Part shown: piece after piece, positions 10,024 through 17,842 of the stretch
How positions within the stretch are numbered: the first letter of the stretch is position 1
How the letters are laid out: the number at the start of each line of letters is the position of its first letter
Assembly: GCA_023261845.1 (NCBI GenBank)
Contig: JALNJZ010000002.1
Location: forward strand, 64,001-128,000
DNA from: Candidatus Terraquivivens tengchongensis
GTDB taxonomy: Archaea > Thermoproteota > Nitrososphaeria_A > Caldarchaeales > Wolframiiraptoraceae
Reading direction: 5' to 3'
DNA length: 64,000 nt
Position numbers and translations under genes: made by a program
Notes under the pieces: generated by a model
What the model was told of the DNA's origin: nothing
Database searches by the model: none
Seen by the model: the letters and a program-made list of their open reading frames with translations, nothing else

Positions 10024-11216
10024 GATCCGGAACCTCCACTTTCAGGTTTCCAAACCGACAGGACTTCGTTAATCGTATCCGCGCAGAACCTTATATCCTC
10101 ATCAGTTATCAGGTATGGCGGCAGTAGTCTTAAAACAGAGGTTCCTGCCTTGAGGCAGAGTAAACCTTTCGTCTGCAACTTGCGTATAACTTCATCTGGA
10201 GCGAACCTCAACTCTATCCCCAGCATAAGCCCCTTCCCTTTGACGTTGCGTGCTACATGTGAGCAGCATTCCACCACTTTCCTTAGCTCTGCGGATAACT
10301 TTTCTCCTGAAAGTGAGCTCTTCGATGGGACAGAGTCGTCGACCAAAACATCTATACCTCCTGAGATTGCAGCCAAGGCTAATGGATTTCCACCATGCGT
10401 AGAGCCGTGGTCGCCCTCGCGCAGCCTTTCACCTATTGAGGCTTTAACCGCCACTATGCTTACTGGGAAGCCTCCACCTATCGACTTACCTGCGACCATT
10501 ATATCAGGTTTTATATTCAGGTGCTCATGCGCCCAAACCTTACCAGTCCTGCCAAAACCTGCTTGAACCTCATCTATTATGAGAAAGGCTCCAGCCTTCT
10601 CGCAGGCTTCCACCAAAGCTTTTGCAAATTCCTGCGTAGCAGGCGTTAGACCGCCCTCGCCTTGGACGGGTTCGAATAATACGGCAGCAACGTTTTCGTT
10701 GACCGCCGACGTTATTGCATTAGCATCGTTGTAAGGGACGAATATCGTCTCCCATGGGAAAGGCTCGTAACCTTCTCTATACTTCGGGTTCCATGTGACG
10801 GAAAGAGCACCTATCGTCCTGCCATGGAAGGAATTCCTGAACGATACAAAACACTTCCTTCCGGTTACCTTGCGTGCGATCTTCATGGCCAGCTCGACAG
10901 CCTCACTACCGCTGTTTAGAAAGAATACGTAATCCATGTCGCTTGGTAGTATCTTCGAAAGCTTGGATAATGTCTCGTCAGCGATATCTGTCTGGAAAGC
11001 TGGTGTGGCTGTCATGATCAGGTCCATCTGCCGCTTTATACTCTCTACCACTTTTGGGTTCCTATGGCCAAGAAAAGCAACACCATACCCAGTGTGACAA
11101 TCCAAATACTTCCTTCCCGTATCGTCCCATACATACTGCCCGTAAGCCCTTGATAGTCTGAGGAGCCTTGGCTTGGCGAACTGTATTATCTTCAAGCTCC
11201 TCTCTAATGCGCTCAT
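10020..11216 (-). CDS. lysJ: [LysW]-aminoadipate/glutamate semialdehyde transaminase (class III PLP)
   Basis: NSGSEAVE, FHGRT, DEVQAGFGRTG, GKSIGGG, HGSTHGGNP. Confidence 0.9.
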   Translation of the reverse strand: MSALERSLKIIQFAKPRLLRLSRAYGQYVWDDTGRKYLDCHTGYGVAFLGHRNPKVVESIKRQMDLIMTATPAFQTDIADETLSKLSKILPSDMDYVFFLNSGSEAVELAMKIARKVTGRKCFVSFRNSFHGRTIGALSVTWNPKYREGYEPFPWETIFVPYNDANAITSAVNENVAAVLFEPVQGEGGLTPATQEFAKALVEACEKAGAFLIIDEVQAGFGRTGKVWAHEHLNIKPDIMVAGKSIGGGFPVSIVAVKASIGERLREGDHGSTHGGNPLALAAISGGIDVLVDDSVPSKSSLSGEKLSAELRKVVECCSHVARNVKGKGLMLGIELRFAPDEVIRKLQTKGLLCLKAGTSVLRLLPPYLITDEDIRFCADTINEVLSVWKPESGGSGS

Positions 11217-12058
11217 GCTCTTAGCACTTCTATAGTTGAAGAGACTATCTTGCGAGGTAGATCGTAGCCGGTAACCCTAACCGTGTTCTTGAACTCGACC
11301 ACAGCGTTCACCTCGGATACCAATATCCTACCGTCCTCGTCCTCCATCAAGTCCACACCCAAGACACCTCCGCCCATCGCCTCGCCTGCCTTTATGACCA
11401 ACTCCTTTGTACTCTCGTCCAGGTTGGCTGGCTCCGCCCTCGCACCGAGTGCAGTGTTCGTCTTCCAGTTCTGACTTACCCTGTAGATGGCAACAGGGAC
11501 TTCTCCCCATACATAGTACGCTCTTATGTCCCTTCCGGGCTTTCTGATGAACTCTTGGATGTAGTGTATCTGAAAGTGGGGCGAGGGCATATTCTCCCTG
11601 AAATCCAGTATATCTAATAACGAGGACTCATCGTCGGCCTTAGCTATCATCCTGCCCCAGCTTCCATATATCGGCTTCACCACAACAGGATATCCAATGC
11701 TCTTTGCGGCCTCAAGCGTCCTTACCTTGTCGAAAGTTATCATTGTCTTTGGTACGGGCACACCTTTCTTTGCAAGCATCACAGTTGTAAACATCTTGTC
11801 GCCACAGTTCCTTATGATATCGAAGTTATTAACGACGACGACTCCCTGAGCTTGTAACATAAGCGAAGATGCCAAAGCCCTATAGAAGCTTACGCATCTT
11901 TCGAAAACTATGTCAAGTCCTCTAGCGTTGGGCTCCGTAAGGTGAAAAACGGATTCTGGAACGTGGATAAGCTCAAGTGTGTGACCTAGGTCCTTGACGG
12001 CATACGCGAGGGCTTTCTCTTCCCATCTTATGATGTCGTATGCCAGCCCGATCCTCAA
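11213..12058 (-). CDS. lysX: Alpha-aminoadipate--LysW ligase (ATP-grasp)
   Basis: RWEEK, GSWGR, WKTNTALG, EFKNT (LysX-type signature); TTG start directly after lysW. Confidence 0.88.
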   Translation of the reverse strand: MRIGLAYDIIRWEEKALAYAVKDLGHTLELIHVPESVFHLTEPNARGLDIVFERCVSFYRALASSLMLQAQGVVVVNNFDIIRNCGDKMFTTVMLAKKGVPVPKTMITFDKVRTLEAAKSIGYPVVVKPIYGSWGRMIAKADDESSLLDILDFRENMPSPHFQIHYIQEFIRKPGRDIRAYYVWGEVPVAIYRVSQNWKTNTALGARAEPANLDESTKELVIKAGEAMGGGVLGVDLMEDEDGRILVSEVNAVVEFKNTVRVTGYDLPRKIVSSTIEVLRA

Positions 12059-12065
12059 TCGAGTT

Positions 12066-12239
12066 TCACTGTCCCCAGTCTTCGGCTATCTCCTCGGCCA
12101 GCTTCAACTCGAACTTTCCTTCATTTATGGCAAGCTCTAAATGTGCGCCGCACTCTTCATGTTCGAACAGTTCGCCGGGCAACGAGTCTTCGGGTATATT
12201 CAGCTCGCCGCCGCATATCGGACACTTAACCTTTACCAT
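12066..12239 (-). CDS. lysW: Amino-group carrier protein LysW (57 aa, not in ORF track)
   Basis: Translated manually: MVKVKCPICGGELNIPEDSLPGELFEHEECGAHLELAINEGKFELKLAEEIAEDWGQ; Zn-ribbon and acidic EDWG tail, upstream of lysX. Confidence 0.93.
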   Translation of the reverse strand: MVKVKCPICGGELNIPEDSLPGELFEHEECGAHLELAINEGKFELKLAEEIAEDWGQ

Positions 12240-12386
12240 GGTTTGAACACCACGATTCTACTACATTTTTCGTATTGAAAGTGATATAAATGTTTTAATT
12301 TTTTGTGTAATAAACCTGTATTTCGGATTAAAAATACGATATTCGGATATATTTTCGACATAAAACGTAATCAGATTCTGCAATTG

Positions 12387-13190
12387 CTAAAAGCTGCGCA
12401 TGCTTACCACTGTACCGTGCTCTTGCTCAAGCACAGAGAGGGGCTCCTCGGTAAGCCCTGAGCAGATTATACAGCGCTCGACGCCCGCCTCGACGGCCTC
12501 GGCCGCCAGCATCATCTTCCTGTTCATACCTGCGCCTATTCTGGGTAATAGGTTGCGCGCCTCTCGGGGCGTTATCTCACGTACGAGTTGCCCGTCTAGA
12601 ATCAGACCCTCTACATCCGTCAGTATAACTAAGACCTCAGCCCTCAAAGCCTTTGCTATAGCCGCGGCGGCTTGGTCACCATCAACGTTAAGGAGCTCAC
12701 CTTCCGTACCTATTGCCACTGGTGAGAGTATCACGACATATCCTTGTTCTATGAGTAACCGGGGCAGCTCCGTGTTCACAGAAACTATCGTTCCAGTATA
12801 TCCACCGTCTATAACTCTCTTCCTTCCGCGCTCATCAACCACCACTATTTTCTTCTTCCTCTCAGCCTTCAGCACGCTGGCATCAACGCCGCTTATCCCA
12901 ACGACCTTAACCCCTTGCTTTCCAAGATACGAAACCATCTCTTTGTTAAGCTTGCCCGACATCACCATGTTGTAAACGTCCATCTCGTTCTCGTCGGTAT
13001 ATCTGCTCCTTATGCCCTGCGGTGATGTGACAAACTTAGGCTCTATACCCATCTTTTTGGAATATTCAGAAACTATATCGCCGCCACCATGTACAAAAAT
13101 TATTCCCATCTTCGCCCTTGAGGCTATACTATCCAGTATCTTGTTCCTATTCTGCATCAGAGCCCTTCCGCCAGCCTTAACCACTATCAT
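12387..13190 (-). CDS. lysZ: [LysW]-aminoadipate/glutamate kinase
   Basis: MIVVKAGG, VHGGG, SRYTD, GGYTG, LNVDGD. Confidence 0.92.
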   Translation of the reverse strand: MIVVKAGGRALMQNRNKILDSIASRAKMGIIFVHGGGDIVSEYSKKMGIEPKFVTSPQGIRSRYTDENEMDVYNMVMSGKLNKEMVSYLGKQGVKVVGISGVDASVLKAERKKKIVVVDERGRKRVIDGGYTGTIVSVNTELPRLLIEQGYVVILSPVAIGTEGELLNVDGDQAAAAIAKALRAEVLVILTDVEGLILDGQLVREITPREARNLLPRIGAGMNRKMMLAAEAVEAGVERCIICSGLTEEPLSVLEQEHGTVVSMRSF

Positions 13191-13292
13191 AACTCTCGCG
13201 GATTCCTAGAGGCGCTGCTGCAAATTATACATTTCCTTTGTACCAACGTTTATAAAATTCTAACGATCACGTACGTACACTGTAATCTAATA

Positions 13293-14084
13293 GTGGTGGT
13301 TAATGTGTTCAAAAATAAGGTCAAGCGATTGCTACATGAAGGTAAGGTGGCCATAGGTGCATGGGTTACTATCAACAGCACAGACGTTATTGAAGCTTTA
13401 TCGAGAGTTGGTCTCGATTGGCTTTTGTTCGATATGGAGCATGGTTCTTTAGAGGTGAGCGACATTCAAAGGCTTCTGCCCGCGACTAATGGCACAGATA
13501 CCGTTCCGCTCGTTAGGATTCCGTGGAACGATTTTGTGATAATCAAAAGGGTTCTGGACATAGGTGCATATGGCATTATGGTTCCGTGGGTTAACACACG
13601 TGAAAACGTTGAGGCGGTTGTCAAAGCCGTAATGTACCCGCCTCAGGGCATCAGAGGTTTTGGACCTAGAAGAGCCGTATATTATGGGCTAGAACCCAGC
13701 AACGAGTACTTTAAAAGCGCCAGCGATGAAATTTTGGTGGTTGTTCAAATCGAGACGGAGGATGCGATAAACAACATAGATGAGATACTTTCAGTCAAAG
13801 GTGTTGATGTAGCGTTCATAGGGCCGTACGATTTATCCGCAAATTTAGGGATATTCGGAGACTTTGAACACCCGAAGTTTAAGTCGGCCATCGATAAGGT
13901 TTTGAATTCGTGCAAAAGAAAAGGGGTTGCGCCAGGAATGGCCGCACTTTCTGTCGACGATGCTATGAATGCCCTCAAGATGGGCTTTAGGTTCGTATCA
14001 ATAGGTTATGATATATTTGATCTGACGAGGGCCTATCGTTCAAACATTGAGAAGGTGAGACGTTACCTGAGCTTCCTTACGTAG
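13293..14084 (+). CDS. HpcH/HpaI-family 2-keto-3-deoxy sugar-acid aldolase
   Basis: DMEHG, PLVRIP, KRVLDIGAYGIMVP, YPPQGIRG, VQIET, FIGPYDLS. Confidence 0.88.
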   Translation: MVVNVFKNKVKRLLHEGKVAIGAWVTINSTDVIEALSRVGLDWLLFDMEHGSLEVSDIQRLLPATNGTDTVPLVRIPWNDFVIIKRVLDIGAYGIMVPWVNTRENVEAVVKAVMYPPQGIRGFGPRRAVYYGLEPSNEYFKSASDEILVVVQIETEDAINNIDEILSVKGVDVAFIGPYDLSANLGIFGDFEHPKFKSAIDKVLNSCKRKGVAPGMAALSVDDAMNALKMGFRFVSIGYDIFDLTRAYRSNIEKVRRYLSFLT

Positions 14085-14923
14085 TTTACCAACGTTCCTA
14101 TTTTTTCTATGTAGATTTCTACCCTGTCACCGTCTTTGAGTTGTACGTCTTTGCCCGGAATTATGCCCGTGCCAGTCGATATTAGTGTACCGGAAGACAC
14201 TATGTTGTCCCTAAGCAGGTATGCAACTATAGTTTCAATTCTCTTCTTCATCTTTGAGGTGTTCGTTTCGCCAACGAATATCACGTCTCCATTTCTTAAA
14301 ATTCTCATCTTTATAACGAGGTTGTGCGGGTCTGCAATTTCGTCTGGGGTTGTTATGGATGGTCCGAAGGAAAAACAGCCTCTATATATTTTCGCTTGTG
14401 GCAGGTATAGAGGGTTCTGGGCTTCGATATCACGCGCCGTCACGTCGTTGCACACAGTATAACCGAGGATCGAACCGTCCGAGTCCAGCACGACGCCAAG
14501 TTCAGGTTCAGGCAACGTCCAATTAGAGTCGCTTCGGACGTTGATGAAGTCTTCGTGACCTACGGAGCGCCTCCCGCTGACGTCTTTAAAGAATAGCTCG
14601 GGCCTCTCAGATACGTAGGCTATCTCGTAGATGCTCTCACCCTTAATCATCGCCACGTCCTCCTCCGTATACCTAACCCTAGCCCTTTCGTAAACTATGC
14701 CTGCGCCCCATATTTCTGGCGGGTCATAAGGCGTGATTAGTTTCTCATTCTTGAGCAACTCCTCCATGGTCAAGCCTACCTTCTCGTGAAGGGCCACCTT
14801 ACCTTCTTTCTTGAACGTTACTAGAATGCTTAACGGCTCGCCAGACCATCTAAATACCTCATGGTCTTTCTGGACATACACGTTAATCTTACCTTTCCCA
14901 TTTATAGTCCGGAATACTTTCAT
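14063..14923 (-). CDS. kdaD: FAH-family 2-keto-3-deoxy-pentonate (arabinonate/xylonate) dehydratase
   Basis: PPEIWGAGIVYE, RPELFFK, VRSDSNWTLPEPEL, ARDIEAQNPLYLPQAKIY closely resemble Sulfolobus KdaD (from recall). Confidence 0.8.
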   Translation of the reverse strand: MKVFRTINGKGKINVYVQKDHEVFRWSGEPLSILVTFKKEGKVALHEKVGLTMEELLKNEKLITPYDPPEIWGAGIVYERARVRYTEEDVAMIKGESIYEIAYVSERPELFFKDVSGRRSVGHEDFINVRSDSNWTLPEPELGVVLDSDGSILGYTVCNDVTARDIEAQNPLYLPQAKIYRGCFSFGPSITTPDEIADPHNLVIKMRILRNGDVIFVGETNTSKMKKRIETIVAYLLRDNIVSSGTLISTGTGIIPGKDVQLKDGDRVEIYIEKIGTLVNYVRKLR

Positions 14924-14980
14924 CGTACTTCGCTGGACATATGTTATACCAGCTATTAATTTTTTGGTGGAGTATTTTCG

Positions 14981-16039
14981 TCAAACAGGCCTAATGGCTG
15001 GAAAGTTTAAGCCGGTTTTCTCGTCGAACCCAAGCATTATGTTCATGCACTGTATGGCCTGACCTGCCGCACCCTTTACTAGGTTATCGATTGCGGCCAT
15101 CAAAGCAGCCCTGCCAACTCTTTTCTCGACGGCAAAACCTACATCCGCGAAGTTACTGCCTATGATGTGCTTTGGGTCGGGATATTGGTACGGTTTACCC
15201 CTGACTATTCTAACGAACGGTTCTTTTCCATACTCAGCAGCATAAACTTTCCAAACATCTTGTTCATCCATGTTAGAATCAACGAGCCAAACGTGTGAAG
15301 TTGCCAGTGCGCCCCTTACGCTTCCTACAGCATGCGGAACAAATGCTATCTTTAACTCTCTACCTGCTATTTGTGAAAGTTCTTGTTCAACTTCTGCCAC
15401 ATGCCTATGACCGGATGCTTCGTACGGTCTCATAACGTTAGCCCTCTCTGGATGGTGCGTACCAGCTGTTGGTATTCTTCCTGCCTCGCTACTTCCAACT
15501 TTGACGTCAACGGCTACATGGTCTAAGTCTATGATGCGAGCTTTAACTGCGGGTATGAGGGAAAGAAGGGCGGCTGTAGAGTTGCAACCTGGACATGCTA
15601 CAAGTTTTGCGGAGGCTATTTCTTTCCTGTGAAGTTCTGGTAGACCGAACACTGCTTCCTTGAGTAAATCTGGCCTCGGGTGCTTCATCTCGTACCAGAG
15701 CTCGTAGTCCTCTGTTCTCTTTAACCTAAAGTCGGGGCTTAAGTCTATGACCCTTAGGCCTACCTCCAGTAACTTTGGAGTATAGTTTACTGACGTGCCA
15801 GCAGGCGTATTCACAAACACTAGGTCAGAATCCGAGGAGATTTTGTCTATGTTTACGTCTGAGAACTTCATACCTGAAAAGAAGCCCCTCAGGTTTGGAT
15901 GAACTGTCGTTAGGGGTTTTCCCGCATACTCCCTCGACGTTGCGTAGAGCAGCTCTATCTTATCGTGATTCGCCAATAGTCTAAGAAGCTCGCCCCCAGT
16001 GTAGCCCGAGGCGCCTATTATTGACACCTTAACCGTCAT
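14981..16039 (-). CDS. lysY: [LysW]-aminoadipate/glutamate phosphate reductase (ArgC family)
   Basis: GASGYTGGELLR, DLSPDFRL, ACPGCN, DNLVKGAAGQA. Confidence 0.92.
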   Translation of the reverse strand: MTVKVSIIGASGYTGGELLRLLANHDKIELLYATSREYAGKPLTTVHPNLRGFFSGMKFSDVNIDKISSDSDLVFVNTPAGTSVNYTPKLLEVGLRVIDLSPDFRLKRTEDYELWYEMKHPRPDLLKEAVFGLPELHRKEIASAKLVACPGCNSTAALLSLIPAVKARIIDLDHVAVDVKVGSSEAGRIPTAGTHHPERANVMRPYEASGHRHVAEVEQELSQIAGRELKIAFVPHAVGSVRGALATSHVWLVDSNMDEQDVWKVYAAEYGKEPFVRIVRGKPYQYPDPKHIIGSNFADVGFAVEKRVGRAALMAAIDNLVKGAAGQAIQCMNIMLGFDEKTGLNFPAIRPV

Positions 16040-16896
16040 CGCTTAAGCACCTTAATGACGTATTTTGCCAAATCTGCCGCCACATTTCTTTTGGTCGCTT
16101 CTATGAAAGCCTTAAACTCTGGTACACCGTTCACCTCGTTTAAGAAATATCCATCCGATTCAAGCACGTCCACAGACACGAACACCCCTTTGATGGCGTT
16201 TGCAGCTTTTATGCAGATCTCTGCCAACTCTTCATCCGGCTTGAAGCCTATAGCCTTTGCTCCGAGTGCGACGTTTGACCTCCATTCATTCTCCTGCTTG
16301 TACCTGTACATAGCGCCCAAGACTTCATTGTCTAAAACTATTACCCTTACATCCCTTCCGGGCGTCTTTATGTATTCTTGGATTATGTGGGTCTTAAGCT
16401 GCTGACTCGTCATCATCTCGCGATGTTCCAAAAGGCTCCTGTAAGCGGTCTCATCCGATACGAGGGAGACCAGCCTGCCCCATCCACCGATCGGAGGCTT
16501 ATCGACCAGCGGCAAGCCTATCGATTTGTACGCTTCTTCAGCAGATTGTATCGTCAGCGCCACCACGCTCTTCGGTATCCTCAATCCGGCCGATGCCAGC
16601 TTGGATAGCGTTAGCACCTTATCGCCGCAGGCAATTATAGCCTCAGAGCTGTTTATCGTGAAGCTTCCAGAGGATTCCCTTACGGCGGCTGAGTACGCTG
16701 CCCTGTACATGGACATCGGTCTAACTATGCACACACTCGGTGCGCTCTCTTTAAAAACCAAAGGAGTATCCTTGACGGGTGTCAGCTTGGGCTTTATTCC
16801 TAAATTCGTTAAAGCCCTGATTATCAGCTTCTCTTCTATTCTCGGGACGTCATATAATACCTCTACATCGTATTCAGATGCTTTAGTAGGCGGCAA
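16036..16896 (-). CDS. argX: Glutamate--LysW ligase (ATP-grasp)
   Basis: RPMSMYRA, DKPPIGGWGRLVSL, EHREMM, WRSNVALG, VPEFKAF resemble the Sulfolobus ArgX type rather than LysX. Confidence 0.82.
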   Translation of the reverse strand: MPPTKASEYDVEVLYDVPRIEEKLIIRALTNLGIKPKLTPVKDTPLVFKESAPSVCIVRPMSMYRAAYSAAVRESSGSFTINSSEAIIACGDKVLTLSKLASAGLRIPKSVVALTIQSAEEAYKSIGLPLVDKPPIGGWGRLVSLVSDETAYRSLLEHREMMTSQQLKTHIIQEYIKTPGRDVRVIVLDNEVLGAMYRYKQENEWRSNVALGAKAIGFKPDEELAEICIKAANAIKGVFVSVDVLESDGYFLNEVNGVPEFKAFIEATKRNVAADLAKYVIKVLKR

Positions 16897-17078
16897 TTTC
16901 CAGCTTCACTACCTTAAATTCTTTGGATGGAAGGTTTACCATCCTTAATATAAATTTATAGCTTTAAAAGCCTATCAAAAAAGTTTATACAGATAATTTA
17001 AGCCATATTTTAAATTTTTAAAATTTGGATAGCAAACACCTAAAGAAATATAGGGCCTCGCCTTGGCTGGTAGGACGG

Positions 17079-17129
17079 AATTAGTTCAGCACGTGCAGAG
17101 AAATTTTTTCCGAGGATGCTGAACTAATT
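17079..17129. repeat. Perfect 13-bp inverted repeat with 25-nt spacer (intergenic hairpin)
   Basis: AATTAGTTCAGCA (17079-17091) ... TGCTGAACTAATT (17117-17129). Confidence 0.85.
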
Positions 17130-17175
17130 GGCTACTGTGTGCCTTTATAAGAATCTTTGATGCTCTTGGAGCTGA

Positions 17176-17823
17176 ATGGAAAGGTCGGCGTACCTTTTGG
17201 ACCTTGAATCGCTTACGTATGAGGAAGCAGTCGAGCTTCAAGTGAGAATGGCATCCATGGTCTCAGAGTACGACTTCTCCAAGAAGTATGAGTTGTTCTG
17301 CGGAGTTGACGTAGCTTACTCCAACCAGCATGCCGTCGCAGTTGCCGTTATACAAAACGAGGATGGGAGCGTAGTTGAAGTCAGCAAGCGCAGGTATACA
17401 GTTCGACATGCTTATGTTCCGGGCCTTCTCTTCCTTCGTGAGGCGCCTCCCATGCTTAACGTAATCAAGAGCTTGAAGAACGATTTTGACGTGCTTCTCG
17501 TTGACGGTAACGGGAGGCTCCATCCTAGAAAGTTTGGTATAGCATGCTACGTTGGTATCATGTTGGACAAGCCGACGATAGGTGTAGCGAAAAGGCTCCT
17601 CTGTGGCCAAATTAAAACTGTGAATGGAAGGAGGGTCGTGGTGTTGAACGGCGACATAGTTGGTGAGGCGGTGGCGAAAGACGTGTACGTCAGTGTTGGC
17701 CATAAAATATCCTTGAGTACGGCAGTAGAAATTGTTAAGAAGCTAATGAGAGCCGGCCGGCTACCATCACCGATTCTCGTTGCACATAGAATGGCGAATG
17801 AAGAATTGGGGCGAAGGAAGTAA
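17176..17823 (+). CDS. nfi: Endonuclease V
   Basis: GVDVAY, YVPGLLFLRE, LVDGNGRLHPR, PTIGVAK, YVSVGH. Confidence 0.93.
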   Translation: MERSAYLLDLESLTYEEAVELQVRMASMVSEYDFSKKYELFCGVDVAYSNQHAVAVAVIQNEDGSVVEVSKRRYTVRHAYVPGLLFLREAPPMLNVIKSLKNDFDVLLVDGNGRLHPRKFGIACYVGIMLDKPTIGVAKRLLCGQIKTVNGRRVVVLNGDIVGEAVAKDVYVSVGHKISLSTAVEIVKKLMRAGRLPSPILVAHRMANEELGRRK

Positions 17824-17842
17824 AATTAGTTTATTCGGTACT

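Noticed and set aside
16925-16944. GGATGG-N8-CCATCC inverted repeat upstream of argX
   Set aside because: Only 6 bp; expected by chance without further support
17079-17129. Hairpin as a second BHB intron or a tRNA fragment
   Set aside because: No 4-bp central helix with 3-nt bulges on either strand, no interrupted gene, no T-arm or acceptor stem
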